In this document: one piece after another, positions 42,576 to 57,339 of the stretch
How positions within the stretch are numbered: the stretch's first letter is position 1
Layout of the letters: the number at the start of each line of letters is the position of its first letter
NCBI RefSeq assembly: GCF_009914755.1
Contig: NC_060927.1
DNA: 64,000 nt
Strand: one strand, 5' to 3'
Origin: the human T2T-CHM13v2.0 reference genome, Homo sapiens
The notes under the pieces: generated by a model
Databases searched by the model: none
What the model was told of the DNA's origin: nothing
What the model saw: the letters and a program-made list of their open reading frames with translations, nothing else
Position numbers and translations under genes: made by a program

Positions 42576-44848
42576 GTAACCACTTAGCCAGTTTCCCACT
42601 TCTTCCCTTGACCTATTTCAGACACTCCTAGCTATCTCTTTGTAGCTCATTCTTCTGTTGATCTTCAATGTTATCTTCAGATTTGGCATACAAATTATTC
42701 CTTCCCAAGTTCCAATATTGGTGTTGACAATGTCCGACAGACATTCTTGGAGAATGACCACTGGCACTTCCAGACCCTAGAACTCTTCTTGTTTAGATGT
42801 GATCCCGGGTGCACTTCTACCCATCACATCTAGACAGGACTCTGGTGGCAGCCAGAAAAGACTGTTCCCAGGTTGAAAAAAGAGCCCAGAAGGCAGCCCC
42901 CGTGGAAATGTTGGAGAGGCGCATGGATCTCACTTGAGCTTTTGTCATCTCAACAATACGACTGCATCGAATGGCGTACCCCCATGCCAGCTTGGAGAGG
43001 AAGCAATCTGGGCATGGCCAGCTTGCTAAAGGGTTTGACCTCTCTCAATAAGGCCTGTCTGCCTGGGGTGGACCAGAGCCAACAGAATCTTCTGGGGCTA
43101 CTACAGCCAGATACCTTTCAATGGGTTTTGCCGTTGATCTTAATCAATATAAGGAGGCAGAAACTGGATTGATAAATAAAAAGCAATCCTGGCCTGAAAG
43201 GCTTATGTTCAGAAATTCTCACCATTTCAAATAAATTTACGCAGTATTTGCGGGACATCTCCCATGAACCAGTCACTAACTATACTTGGCCATGTGATTA
43301 CAAAGATGAGTAAAAGGCACTTCTCTTCTGGAGAGGCTCAGAGCCTCTAGAGAGAGGCAGGGGTGTGAGCAGATGGGGGTAGAGTAGGGTAATAATGATT
43401 ATAGATTCCAAGACAGGGGCATAAATGAGGTGCAAAGGGTGCACTAAGGAAACAGAGGTCAGTTCGCCTGGGAGTAGGAGGTCAGAAATGGCTTCACAGA
43501 AAAAGTGACTCACGTATCATGAGTTCCATGATATTTATTAACTGACAAAACAGCACTAATTTCTGTGCTAAGGCATTTCACAGGCATTATCCCGTTTATA
43601 CTTCACAAAAATCATGTGAAGTAGATATTATTCCTGATTTTCAAAGATGTGAAAAGGTAAGTCCAAAAGTTGCATGGCTAATCACGATGTTGGAGCTTTG
43701 ACAGGATTTTAACTCTCAGTCTGACCACTCAAGTGCCCTAACTTTGGGGCCTTGTTTTGCCCATGCACACAAGCCTTAGTTATATAAGGGGATGCCTAGA
43801 TGTCTACTCGTCATTCTGGTGACAGTAAAATACATGCAAATAAAACTCACAGACAGAGTAGCTAAGGTAAGCCTCCCTCCCTCATATCCCTATACTCTCT
43901 CAGTTTTGAAGGCATTGAACTTGACAAAACAAACAAACAAACAGACAAAAACTCTTCGCCCTCCAAAGCCACTATTCTTCTCTGTTCCATTACATTGGCC
44001 TTGAAATTGACAAAGGAAGGCCTATTGCCAAGGAAGTCAGAATAGAATGCTGGGGAGGGAGTGGGAGAGGAAGGGAGAGTAGGGAGAGGAGAGAGTCCTA
44101 CTTGGGCTGTGAGGACTGAGGGCTGGGGGAAGTAAGGAGAGAGTGAGAGTGGAGGCAGTGGCACAATCAAAGGGAGAGAGTGAAGAGAAGATAGACCAGA
44201 GAATCAGGGAGAATGAGCAGAAAGAGCCATAGCCAGGCTCAAAAAGGATACGCAAGGAGGGACCACACAGCTGGGTTCTCTCTCCTGAGATAATTTCTAT
44301 AGATTCAGTCAATCCTGGTTACTCCTGCCTTGATCTTTGTGTCCCAGACCTGAAGGCCTCATTAGGGGATGCTGTGCTGGTTCTTTAAAAATACAGACTC
44401 AAGTAATGGAAGTACTGGTTTCTGGGGGAAGGGGACTCAGTAAACCTAATTTCACTAAGCCCCAGTCTCTTCATCAGTGGAGGAGGGGATAGACCAAGTT
44501 GATCTCTAGGGACCTTTTCAACTTTGGTTTTCCAGGATTGTTCAGCCTGCACATTTTCCCTGGACTTGGTTGGAAAGAAAGGAGACTAAGAGCCTGGGAA
44601 CTTGAGCCAACTCTGCAGGTGCATAGGAAGAAGCATCAGATTTAAGACAGAATCAATACATTGGCTTGGGGCTACAATTACCAAACATGTTATTTAAGGA
44701 AGCCTGTCTTAGTCTTACTCTCATTTACGTGGCTTTCCCAAAATTCTTTTGTCACTATATTTCCTTTTCCTCAAATATAGTAATCTCTAACTGAACATTT
44801 ATCCAGAGGCAGAAGAAGCTGCTGTAGTGTGCAAGCCCCTAGCCCAGC

Positions 44849-45498
44849 AGTACAGGCTGAGTAGTGTCCCTCAAAGTGATCAGATCCAAATCGTGGTACC
44901 CATAAAGGCCACCTTACTTGGAAAAAGAGTTTTTGCAGATGTGATTAAGTGAAATTTTTAAATTCAATTTTCTTGTATTATTTTATTTTTTAGTAGAGAT
45001 GGAGTCTCGCTATTGCCCAGGCTGATCTTGAAATTCTGGCTTCAAGTGATCCACCCACCTCAGCCTCTCAAAGTGCTGGGATTACAGACATGAACCACTG
45101 TGCCTGGTGATGGAGTTAAACATTCTGAGATGAGGAGATTATTCTGGATTGTCCAGGTGGGCCCTAAATGCAATCACATCTGTCCTTATAAGTGGGAGAC
45201 AGATGGAGATTTGACACACACGGAGGAGAAGGCCATTTGTGGATGCTGGCCTTGAAGGCTGGAATGAGTGATGCAGGCACAAGCCAAGGAATTCCAGCAG
45301 CCACCAGAAGCTGGAAGGGGCAAGGAATAAATGCTCTCCTAGAGCCTTCAGCGGGATTGTGGCCCTGTGGATACTTTGATTTCCACACAGTAATACTGAT
45401 TTTGGACTTCTGGTCTCCACCACTATGAGACAATAAACTTGTTTTTAGGACACTAAGTTTGTTACAATTTGTTACAGCAGCCATAGGAAACTAATACA
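44849..45498 (+). mobile_element. MLT1 (MaLR, MLT1D-like) LTR with an inserted Alu monomer
   Basis: ttggaaaaagagtttttgcagatgtgattaag...ccaccagaagctggaaggggcaaggaa...gttacagcagccataggaaactaataca. Confidence 0.88.
44975..45107 (-). mobile_element. Alu monomer (FLAM/left-arm-like)
   Basis: tttttagtagagatggagtctcgctattgcccaggctg...ccactgtgcctgg. Confidence 0.9.
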
Positions 45499-46572
45499 CT
45501 CAGCCTCATCCCACCCCCACCACCTATGTGTTCTTCTGCATCCATACCCTGCATTCTGAACACGCCATGGGCCTGCCATTTCCCTTGGAGGTGTGGGGTA
45601 TCATCTTGACCCTCTGGATGAGCTGTAATTAAAAAAAAAAAAGCCATAGACCTGGAGGTAGAATGAAGACCTGAATTGGAAATCCAGTTTGTCACTTATT
45701 GGTGACGGGCAGAGGACTTAACCTCTCCAAGCCTGTCTTCTCATCTGTAAAACAGGAATGACAATCCCTGACTAGCTTGTTGTTGTCATGTTAGGAATAC
45801 ATGATATAATGGACTTAAAGACTGTTTGTGACCTTTAAAGCTCGACATATTCATGCCAGGAATCATTTACTGATTTCATTAAATTGTGTTTCCTGGACAT
45901 AATCCTGGGCAGATTCCTACTGATATCAGCACACAATCCTGAGGAAATGCAATTCAGGGTCAGGTTGGGAAAAACTTTTGTGGCCCTTGCTAGGCTTGAC
46001 ATTTCCCAATGCTTGTTTTCTCTAATTCTGTGTGACACGAAGCCGTGGGACAAGGTGTGAATGATCTAAAGGAAGGTTGATGGATGTAAACCCTTTCCCA
46101 GGCCCCATACACAGGAGGCATTGAACTTGACAAAAATGACAAGTAACTGACACTACACTGGAGTAACTGACATGCTTTATCCACAAACTTGGTCAAGACC
46201 ATAAAAATCCTCAGTGTACTCTACTCATGACCTTAGCACCACCAAGGTGAAAGGATGTGGCATAAATCCAATAACTTGTGGACAATCTCTTATTTGCTTT
46301 GTATCTCTAGTATCTAGGTTGGAGGGCCCAATAAATGTTTGTTGGATGAATGAAGGAATAGGTAGATGCATCAATAAATTATTAAAGAAAGGGAATGAGT
46401 CCCGAATATCCACATAATCTCCAAACCACAACCTTCTCATATCCTCCGATGTTTCTTTTGACTATATGTTGAGGTTTTAGCCTCTGTTCCCCTGTCTTGC
46501 ACTGTCTCCCTGGATCTCTGTTCTGAGCTTGGCTGAGACAAACTTTCACGAGTCTCCATCAAGAGTCACTGC

Positions 46573-49460
46573 CAGATCAAAGACACAATGAGAAAAGAAA
46601 ACTACAGGCCAGTAGTCCTGATGAATATAGATGCAAACTCCTCAACAAAATACTAGCAGACCAAATCTAGCAACACATCAAAAAGTTAATTCACCATGGT
46701 TAAGTAGGTTCTATTCATGGGATGCAAGGTTGGTTCAACATATGCAAATCAATAAATGTGATTCACCACATAAAAAGAATTAAAAACAAAAACCATATGA
46801 TCATCTCAGTAGCTGTGGAAGAAGTTTTGTATAAAATCCAAAATTCCTTCATGATAAAAACCCTCAACAAACTAGGCATCGAAGGGACATACCTCAAAAT
46901 AATAAGAGCCCTCTATGACAAACCCACAGCCAACACCATACTGAACAGGCAAAAGCTGAAAGCATTCCTCTTAAGAACAGGAACAAGACAAGGATGCCCA
47001 CTCTCACCCCTCCTATTCAACATAGTACTGGAATTCCAAGCCAGAGCAATCAGGCAAGAGAAAGAAATAAAAGCATCCAAATAGGAAAAGAAGAAGTTGA
47101 ATTATCTCTCCTCACTGATGATATAATTCTATACCTAGAAAACCCTAAAGACTCCATCTAACGGCTTGTAAAACTAGTAAACGACTTCAGTAAAGTTTCA
47201 GGATACAACAACAATGTACAGAAAATTAGTAGCATTTTTTCAGGAATGCTCTGGGGGATTTTAAAAAAATACAAATCAGTAGCATTTCTATACACAAATA
47301 ATGTTCAAGCTGAGAGCCAAATCAAGAACACATTTCCATTTTCAAAAACTATAAAAAGAGAAAAAGACCTAGGAATACATCTAACCAAGGAGGTGAAAGA
47401 TTTCTACAAGCAGAACTACAAAGCTGAAAGAAATCATACACAATACGAACAAATGGAAAAATATTCCATGCTCATAAGCTGGAAGAATCAATATTGTTAA
47501 AATGGCCATACTGCCCAAAGCAATCTACAGATTCAATACTATTCCTATCAAACTACCAATGTCATTTTTTACAGAACAAGAAAATACTATTCTAAAATTC
47601 ATGTGGAACCAAAGAAGAGCCTGAATACCCAAAGCAATCCTAAGCAAAAAGAACAAAGCGGGAAGTATCACATTACCCAACTTCAGACTACAGTATAAGA
47701 CCACAGTAACCAAAATATCATGGTACTGGTACAAAAGCAGACCCATAGACCAATGGAACAGAATAGAGAACCCAGAAATAAAGCTGCTCACCTACAGCCA
47801 TCTGATCTTTGACAGAGTCAACAAAAATAAGCAATGCTGAAAGATATCCCTATTCGATAAATAATGCTGGGATAACTAGTTAGGCATATGCAGAAGATTA
47901 ACACTGAACCCCTTCCTTATAAGTTATACAAAAATTAACTCAAGATGTATTAAAGATTTAAATGTAAGACTTTGAACTGTAAGAATCTTAGAAGAAAACC
48001 TAGGAAATAGCATTTTGGACATAGGCCTTGGGAAAGAATTTATGACTAAGTTCTCAGGAGCTATTATAACAAAAACAAAAATTGACAAGTGTGACCTAGT
48101 TAAACTAAAGAGCTCCTGCACAGCAAAGGAAACTCTCAACAGAGTTAACAGACAACCTACAGAATGGGAGAAAATATTTGCAAACATGCATCCAATAAAG
48201 GTCTAATATCCAGAATCTGTAAGGAACTTAAACAATTGAACAAGCAAAAGACAACCCTATTAAAAAGTGAGCAAAAGACATGAACAGACACTTCTCAAAA
48301 GAAGACATATAGGTGGCCAACAAACATGAAAAACTGTTCCACATTATTAATCATCGGAGAAATGCAAATCAAAACCACAATGAGATACCATTCCACAACA
48401 GTCAGGATGTCTATTATTCAAAAGTCAAAAAATAAAAGATGCTGGCAAAGCTTCAGAGAAAAGGGAATGGTTATACACTATTGATGGAAATATAAATTAG
48501 TTCAGCCACTGTGGAAAACAGTTTGAAGATTTCTCAAAGAACTGAAACAGAACTACCATTCAACACAGGAATCTCATTACTGGGTGTATATCCAGAAGAA
48601 CATAAATCATTCTACCAAAATGACACATACACTCATATGTTCATCACAGTACTATTCACAATTGCAAAGATATGGAATCCACCTACATGTCCATGAATGG
48701 TGGACTGAATAAAGAAAATGTGCTACATATACACCACAGAATATTATGCAGCCATGAAAAAGAACCAAATCATGTCCTTTGAAGCAACATGGATGAGCTG
48801 GACGCCATTATCCGATGTAAATTAACCCAGGAACAAAAAGCCAAATACTGCATATTATCACTTGTAAGCGGGAGCTAAACATTGAGTACATATGGACATA
48901 AAGATGGGAAAAATAGACTCTAGGGACTACTAGAGGGGATGAGAGGGAGGGGATAAGGGCTAAAAAACTAACTCTTGGCCAAGATGCGGGGGCTTATGTC
49001 TGTAATCACAGCACTTTGGGAGGCTGAGGTGGGCAGATCACTTGAGTTCAGGAGTTTGAGACCAGCCTGGCCAACATGGTGAAACCCCGTCTCTAACAAA
49101 AATACAAAAATCAGCTGGGTATGGTGTCATCTGCCTGTAATCCCAGCTACTCAGGAGGCTGAGGCAGGAAAATCAGCTTGAACTCAGGAGGCGGAGGTTG
49201 CAGTGAGCTGAGATTGCGCCACTGCACTCCGGCCTGGGTGACAGAGCAAGACTCTGTCTCAAAAAAACCCGAAAAAACAAAAAACAAAAACCCCCAAAAA
49301 TTAACTCTTGGGTACTATACTCACTAGCTGGAATCAATTATACCTCAAACCTGAGCATCACTCAATATAACTATGTAGCAAGCCTGCAGATGTGCCACCT
49401 GAATCTAAAATAAAAGTTGAAATTATACCAAATAAAATTACTTTTTCAAATGGGGAAGAA
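46573..49460 (+). mobile_element. 5'-truncated old primate L1 (L1PA15/16-like); disrupted ORF2 RT and C-terminus plus 3' UTR
   Basis: [17 protein letters not shown]...[18 protein letters not shown]; tail ctgaatctaaaataaaagttgaaatt; 12-bp TSD aagagtcactgc at 46561-46572 and 49461-49472. Confidence 0.95.
48977..49300 (+). mobile_element. Alu (AluS-like) inserted in the L1 3' UTR
   Basis: Full Alu; TSD aaaaa(c/t)taactctt. Confidence 0.96.
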
Positions 49461-49669
49461 AAGAGTCACTGCTAAGACCTATAAGCACTGTCCATGGTCT
49501 TACCCTGCATCTACTGGTTACCTGTAATCACCATCCTTGTGAGTTTCCAACCACTCACTGTACTGGGTCCCACAGGTGCACAGCCAGCCCTAGTTATCTG
49601 AGGGCAGTACCCTCTCTGTCTTATATGAACAGTCCATTTGCACCTTAGAACCATCAGCTCCAGCAGAAT

Positions 49670-49809
49670 TAGGGTTTCTCAACCTCTGTCTCACCCTTTC
49701 TTTCCCCCCGGGCCACTGTGGTTCCCTCAGATTTCATTAGAGACACGATTGAGAGTGAAAATAGGACCAAACATTTCTATAGATCAAATGGGATTTTTGA
49801 GAAACCTGA
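49670..49809. mobile_element. Small hAT-Charlie-like MITE
   Basis: Inverted termini ggtttctcaa...ttgagaaacc. Confidence 0.45.
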
Positions 49810-50572
49810 TTTTCAAGTAAGATATGTTCGTTGTATAGAGCTTGGAAAGTACATAAAAGCATAAAGCATTAGAAAAAAGGTAATCGTAATTCCACCATCT
49901 TGAGTCAATCACTGTGAACATTCTTGTACATTTCTTTCTAGTTGTTTCTCTAATTTTTACATAATTAAAATCATAGAATATGTACAATTTAAACCTTGTT
50001 CTTTAAATTTATTTCGTACAAATCATTTCTCATGTTGTTAAAAATTCTCCAAAAATGTAATTTTTAACAGCTGCATAAAATTCCTCAACCTCATATTGAT
50101 TGCAATTTATAGGTATAATCCACATGCTGACTTTCCCTTATTCCTCTGGCTCTGTCCTATTTTCTTTGTTCCCTGTAGAATCCATTTGCAGAATTCAGCA
50201 TTTCTTGGTGTCCCGTAAGAAGAAATAGTTCATTCCAAAGTACTGAGAGTAATACAGACTTGTACTGAAGATCCCACAGGGAAGATGTAAGAAAGGTTTT
50301 ACATGGTATATCCTACGCAAACAACTTTAGTAAATACATCTCTTAACCACTTCTGATTTGTATTAAATCAGAAGCCTCTATGTGGCTGGAGGAGTTTTTC
50401 CTCCGGGTTCTTCTTTCCTTCTTCCTAGATACCACCTTCACCCCATCATATTTTTTACGTACTCTTATAAGGAAGAGCTCCTAGTTTCACACACTTACCT
50501 TCATCTTGAGACTAAGGAAAACAGATAAAATCTGACCACCTAGACCCACCCACCTTTCTAAAAAGGAAATAG

Positions 50573-50880
<308 letters not shown>

Positions 50881-51562
50881 GGCACTAGAGTGACAGTCAT
50901 CTGATATTTGAATAGGCCTTCCAACCCCCCGCCCCCGTTCCAACTGACCTCACTTATCATCATCAAAATATTTCTTCCAGACACATAAAATGCTTTCCTA
51001 AGAGTAAATGGCTTTCTCAATTTTATTAAATTGGTGTGTAATAAAATCTCCTTGATTTGTTTTTCATGGAATCAATTCTTTTTAATTTAGGTCTGAATAG
51101 AAAATTTTTGTTTTAAGAAGGAAACAGAAAACTGTTCGTGAAATTTGGAACCTGTGTATATGAATTCCATGGATACCCCAACGACAGTTGTATGCATCGA
51201 CTCTAACCCAAGGAATTTGATTGGAAGTGGGGGAACAGAGATTACTTACATAAAACAACTCCAGTCCATAGACACTTGGTGAAAGAAGGAGTTGTACCTC
51301 ACTGGCTGGTAGTCTAGAGAAATTCAGGTTACATTAAGCAAATACAATCACATTTCAAAATATCCTAACGTGATATTTTGAGAGTGCATTATACAAATTG
51401 CTTTCATGTACATATTTTGCAAAGCTCACAACTCTACAAGGTAGGCAGGATCTCTATGTTTCAGGAAGTGAAGGTTGTGAAGGGAAGAAAATAGGCATCA
51501 AATGGCATGGCCAAGGCCATATGACCAGAAAACAGCAGAGCCAGTATTCAAACCCAAGTCTT

Positions 51563-53028
51563 TAAAAAAAAAAATTTAACTTTTTAAGTTTAGTGGTACA
51601 TGTGCAGGTTTGTTATATAGGTAAACTCATGTCATGGCGGTTTGTGGTACAGATTATTTTATCACCCAGGCATTAAGCCTAGTACCCACTAGTCTAGTTA
51701 ATTTTTCTGATCCTTTCCCTCCTCCTACCCTTCACCCTCCAATAGGCCCAAGTATATGTCATTCCCCATGTGTTCTCATCATTTATCTCCCACTTATAAG
51801 TGAGAACATACAATATTTGTTTTTCTGTTCCTGAGTTTGTTTGCGAAGGATAATGGCCTCCAGCTCCATCCATGTTCTTGCAAATGACATGATCTTGTTC
51901 TTTTTTATGGCTCCATAGTATTCCATGGTGTATATGTATCACATTTTCTTTATCCAGTCTACCATTAATGGGCATTTAGGTTGATTCCATGTCTTTGCTA
52001 TTGTCAATAGTGCTGCAATAAATGCACGTGCCTTTATAATAGAATGATTTCTATTCCTTTGGTTATATACCCAGTAATGGGATTGCTGTGTTGAATGGTG
52101 TTTCTGTTTTTAGGTCTTTGAGGAGTCACCATATTGTCTTCCTCAATGGTTGAAATAATTTACATCCCCACCAATAGTGTATAAGCATTCTTTTTTCTTT
52201 GCAACCTGGCCAGCGTCTGTTATTATTTGACTTTTTAATCACAGCCATAATGACTGTTGTGAGTTGGTATCTTATTATGGTTTTGATTTGCATTTCTCTA
52301 ATGATCAGTGATGTTGAACTTTTTTCATGTGATTGTTGGCCACATGTATGTCTTCTTTTACGAAGTGTCTGTTTATGTTCTTTGCCCACTTTTTAATGGG
52401 GTTGTTTGGTTTTTCTCTTGTAAATTTGTTTAAGTTCCTTATAGATGCTGGATATTAGACCTTTGTCAGATGCATAGTTTGCAAAAGTTTTCTTCCATTC
52501 TATTCACTGTATTGATAATTTTCTTTGCTGTGCAAAAGCTCTTCAGTTTAATTAGATCCCATTTGTCAATGTTTGCTTTCATTGTGATTGCTTTTGGTGT
52601 CTTCGTCATGAAACCTTTGCCAGTTCCCATGTCCAGAATGGTGTTGCCTAGGTTGTCTCCCAGAGTTTTTATAGTTTTTGTTTTTACATTTAAGTCTTTA
52701 ATCTATCCTGAGTTAATTTTTTGTATGGTGTAAGGAAAGGGTCCAGTTTCAATCTTCTGCATATGGCTAGCCAGTTATCCCAGCCTCATTTCTTGAATAG
52801 AAAATCCTTTCCTCGTTGCTTGTTTTTGTTAGTTGTGTTGAAGATCAGATAGTTGTAGGTGTGTGACCTTATTTCTGTGTTCTCTATTCTGTTCCATTGG
52901 TCTATGTGTCTGTTTTTATACCAGTACCATGCTGTTTTGCTTACCGTAGCCCTGTAGTATAGCTTGAAGTCAGGTAGCATGATGCCTTCAGTTTTGTTCT
53001 TTTTGCTTAAGATTGTCTTGGCTATTCG
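51563..53028 (-). mobile_element. 5'-truncated L1PA (mid-age) inserted in a MIR
   Basis: Antisense ORF2 C-terminus ([11 protein letters not shown]...[17 protein letters not shown]) and 3' UTR; TSD caa(a/g)cccaagtctt at 51549-51562 and 53029-53042. Confidence 0.95.
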
Positions 53029-55129
53029 CAAGCCCAAGTCTTCAGACTGCTTTATTCTGTTCTTTCTACCATGCAGGTTCCCATGGCAACCCCATTAAAT
53101 TGCCCAAACGCAGTGGTGAGCAGGAGGCAAGGAAAACCAAGATGGAGCAAGGTGAGCATCAATCCCTCCAACCCTCTGCTGTCCCCCAGAAGCCTCATGG
53201 TCTTTGGGCAGTGAGTCATCAAGCATTGCTCTCCCACTTCTTAAACCCCTGCTTGGTGCCCTACAATCCCTCTTCAAAACGGATTGCAGAAGCTGGAATT
53301 TGTGGGTGCCTCCCCTGGGGGCTGGGAGGGTGGGATGAAGAAGGTTGCTGGTAGCTGTCCTCCCTCATCGCCCCTTCCTGAGATCATCCACCCAGCAGTT
53401 GACTTTAGGCACTAGATCCTCCAAAACACAACTCAGAGGGCAGCTTCCATGACTCCACTTCCCTTTGAAAGGCTGATGGCACCCAAGAAAAACTGCTCTC
53501 AGGCTGCTAGAGAGAATAGGGATAAAAACTGCAATGTCTTCACCACTTAGGTGCTAGGCATCGTGTTGGCACTTTATATGCATTCTCATATTTGATGCAT
53601 TTTCATGCCATTTCTACTAAGTGAGCATGACTATCTTATTTTACAGATGAGGAAGTTAACTTGCCCACTGTTGCACAGATTGTAAGAAGCAAAGCCCAAA
53701 CCAGGGCCAGAGGTCTTGTCTCTCCATCTGGGCACCTTTCAACCACACCATATTGCTTTAGAGGCTCATTTTGCTTACTCTGGATGAAAAGGGCATGGGC
53801 GTGTGGGAAATGAAGCAATGATAACTGCTCAATAGAATTCCTGCAGATGAACAAACTCACCTGTTCCCACCTGGTGTGCAGCAGATACACACTGAGGCTG
53901 AACTGACTGCTAAAATGTTGTCTGATTGGTAAATTGCCACCCAAGTGCTTCCTCAGCACCCCATTCTTCCTGGCCAGTACCCCAGGACCTCCTCACTATC
54001 CAGCAACTAAAGGGCTATCACTTGGGCACTGAGGTTGCAGGGTCCTGCCCAGTGCTATGGTCATTGTTTCCTCTGACTGGTTCCTTGCTGTACCAGTATT
54101 ATATGTGTTGGCATCATTCCTACCTGACTGAATGAAAGCTGTGTAATGGGGACTGTTGGAAGTTAAGTAATATCTGGCATAAAAAAATCCTGCTTTCAGA
54201 GGTAACTTGTGGGTGACGAGGTGCGTCCCCAGAAGGAGGGAGAGTGAGCACCAGTGAAGGTTTGCTCAAGAGGATCTCATGGGAGAGAAAGGATGTGTGC
54301 CTGCAAAAGTGGCCATAGGGTGAAATTCTTCAAATAAACCCTGTTGTCTTATTGATTCTTATGATAAAAATCAGAATTACACTGGAATGGTCAGTTTATT
54401 ATTGAAGAATAGGGGGACACATTTCTGATCAGGCAGGGAATGAGGTGGCATGTGCCTGAAGCATGCTGGCTTTTGCAATATAGAATTGCTTTTGCAGAAC
54501 TTTGCAGACTTGAAACACTTTATTAACCTTAGAGTCTCCTGACTGCTGCAACCTCTCAGCCCTTTTCAGGACATAGGAAGCTCACTAATTTCTGAGAGTA
54601 TGACTCAGAGCTTCTGGAACTGGGCTCCCTTCTGTCCATTTCTCCTGAGAAATGGTCATAATAACTCTTATTTAATGAACAGCTCAGATCTGCCAGGCAC
54701 TATGCTAGATGGTTAACATATTTTATCTCATTTACTACTTATTGCAATTTAGTCATATAAATTTTATTATATTATATAAAATTTATAATTTTATTATGTT
54801 CACTTTATAGACAAGGAAACTGAGGGAGACATTTTTAAAAGTTAGCTATGGTAACTCAGCTGGTAAAAAAGCAAATTGTCTAACTCAAGTACAGCAGACT
54901 TCAAATCCCACGTTCCCCCCTCTCTAGTACACCACTTGGTGGTCTGGGTAGTCAGGGCACCTCGCCGAGCTCTAAGGCCCTGACATGGTCGGGCTGCTGC
55001 CTCCCACTGTGACCTCGTCCTGGACTCTACTCTCCCCTTCACTATGCTCCAGCCACACAGACCTTCTTTCTGCTTCTCAAATGCACTCAGTTTGTTTCTG
55101 TCACTGTGCTTTCACTCTTGTGACCTGCA

Positions 55130-56700
55130 ATGCCAGGAATCTAGAAACTTTTCAAGTTCTGAGGGTGTAAAGACATATGAGACAAAGTTCTTGCCTTCAA
55201 GAAATGTATAATCTAGTGAGGGGAGGCAGATCCACAGATCAATAATTACAATGCAATTTACTAAATTTGAGAGTAGAGTTTTGTATTAGTCTGTTCTCAC
55301 ACTGCTAATAAAGACACACCTGAGACTAGATAATTTATAAAGGAAAGAGTTTTAATGGACTCACAGTTCCACATGGCTCAGGAGACCTCATAATCATGGT
55401 GGAAAGCAAAGGCACGTCTCACATGGCAGCAGGCAAGAGTGCGTGTGCAGGGGAACTCCCATTTATAAAACCGTCAGACCTCATGGGACTTATTCACTAT
55501 CATGAGAACAGCACAGGAAAGGCCCGCCCCCATGATTCAATTATCTCCCACCCAGTCTCTCCCATGACACGTGGGAATTACAGGAGCTATAGATTCAAGA
55601 TGAGATTTGGGTGCTGACACAGCCAAACATATCGAGTTTGCTAAATACATAACAGAAATATAGAGATGGGAAACTACCTAAAGAACAGTCTGGAAGACTC
55701 TCTGGAAGAGTGAAGCTGAGCTGAATCTTAAAGGGCAAGATGGAGTGTAAGTGAACAAGGCACAGTGTGAGGGAGGGGGAAGGTCCTCTCACATCCAGGC
55801 AGAGGAGACAATCAGAGGAAAAGTGCAATGATTAGAAACCATGGCATATATGGAAGTGGCATATCCGCAATCTGGCATTCTGGAACACCAAGTGTTAGGA
55901 GATAAAGCTGGAGAAGCAGGCAACGGTCAAATTGTGGAAGACCCTAGGGCTAGGGAGACCAAATAATTTGCTGTCCAAATCAGGATACTTTGATGTGAGA
56001 GAGGATGCTAGTTAGTGGGACCTCAAGACAACAGGGATAAACTGGAACTGTCCTGGGGTCACTGGGATGCACAGTCGCTCTCACCTAGAGTCCACACTAA
56101 GGAACTTGGACCTCGCCTATGCACAATGAGGAGACATTATAAGGTTGCAATTGAGAGGTGGCAAAATTAGACTTATTTTTTAAGGGTCATTTGGGATGAA
56201 CTAGAGGGATGGGCTTGACAGGCTGGGGACAGGAAGACCACTTAGGAAGCCCTTATAATAGCACGAGAGAGGTGGAAAGGGATGGAGGTGATGGTGGTTA
56301 TAATAGGATAAAAAAAAAAGAAGAAGGGAATTTATCAATATGTAAAGGAATACTAAGGAGGTAAGATTTTGGGGATATTGTGATTGATGGGGAGAGGGAA
56401 GAAAGAAGAATAATTGGCATGCCCTCCAGCTTCCTAAGTAGGGAACTGGGTAGATGGCAGTGCCACCTAAAGTAATGGAGAGCAGGCTTTGGAGAAGTGT
56501 GCTGAGTTTAGCTTTAGACAGGTTGAGTTTGAGGGGCCTGAGAGATATCTGGGGAGAGATGTCCAGTAGACTGTTATGAGTCTGAAATATGGAGAAAGGG
56601 CTGGAGACTTACCTGGAACTCATCAGAATGTAGAAGAATTTCAAGAAGGTTAAAAAAAAAATTCTCATAGAGAATATGTTCACTGAGAAGAATGGTGGGC
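55130..56700 (-). mobile_element. Long L2 remnant hosting THE1 and a MER94-like MITE (about 55950-56086)
   Basis: cttgccttcaagaaatgtataatctagtgaggggaggcaga...ctgagtttagctttagacaggttgagtttgaggggcctgagagatatc. Confidence 0.7.
55282..55634 (-). mobile_element. THE1-family (MaLR) solo LTR
   Basis: tgtattagtctgttctcacactgctaataaagac...caagatgagatttgggtg...acacagccaaacatatc; 5-bp TSD agttt. Confidence 0.94.
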
Positions 56701-57030
56701 TAACACTATTTCTTATTCTCTCTTGGCAATTTTCTTTCAAAAAATAAAATTTATTTCATTAACAGTATATTTAATTAACACTCTAATCACTTGTGAAAAT
56801 TAATGAGCTTATGATTTTCTCTTGCAAAAACTTGCCTCAGGTTCTCCAAATTTTTAATTATGTTATTATTTTCTGCAAACTTAACTTATCTCTGTTAGTT
56901 ACGTATGGCATGGTTCAGCATCCATTGTTGGTAAAGGTCAGCATTGTGTTCACTAGGTTGCCACTGGAGCCTGGCAGTGATGACCAGGTTGCGAGAATAA
57001 AGCTGGGCTGGGCCTTCTGTTCTTTTTGAC

Positions 57031-57330
<300 letters not shown>

Positions 57331-57339
57331 CAACTTCTT

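Noticed and set aside
46722-48696. Reverse-transcriptase-like ORF fragments as a novel RT system
   Set aside because: Ordinary decayed L1 ORF2 with multiple stops and frameshifts, bounded by a TSD.
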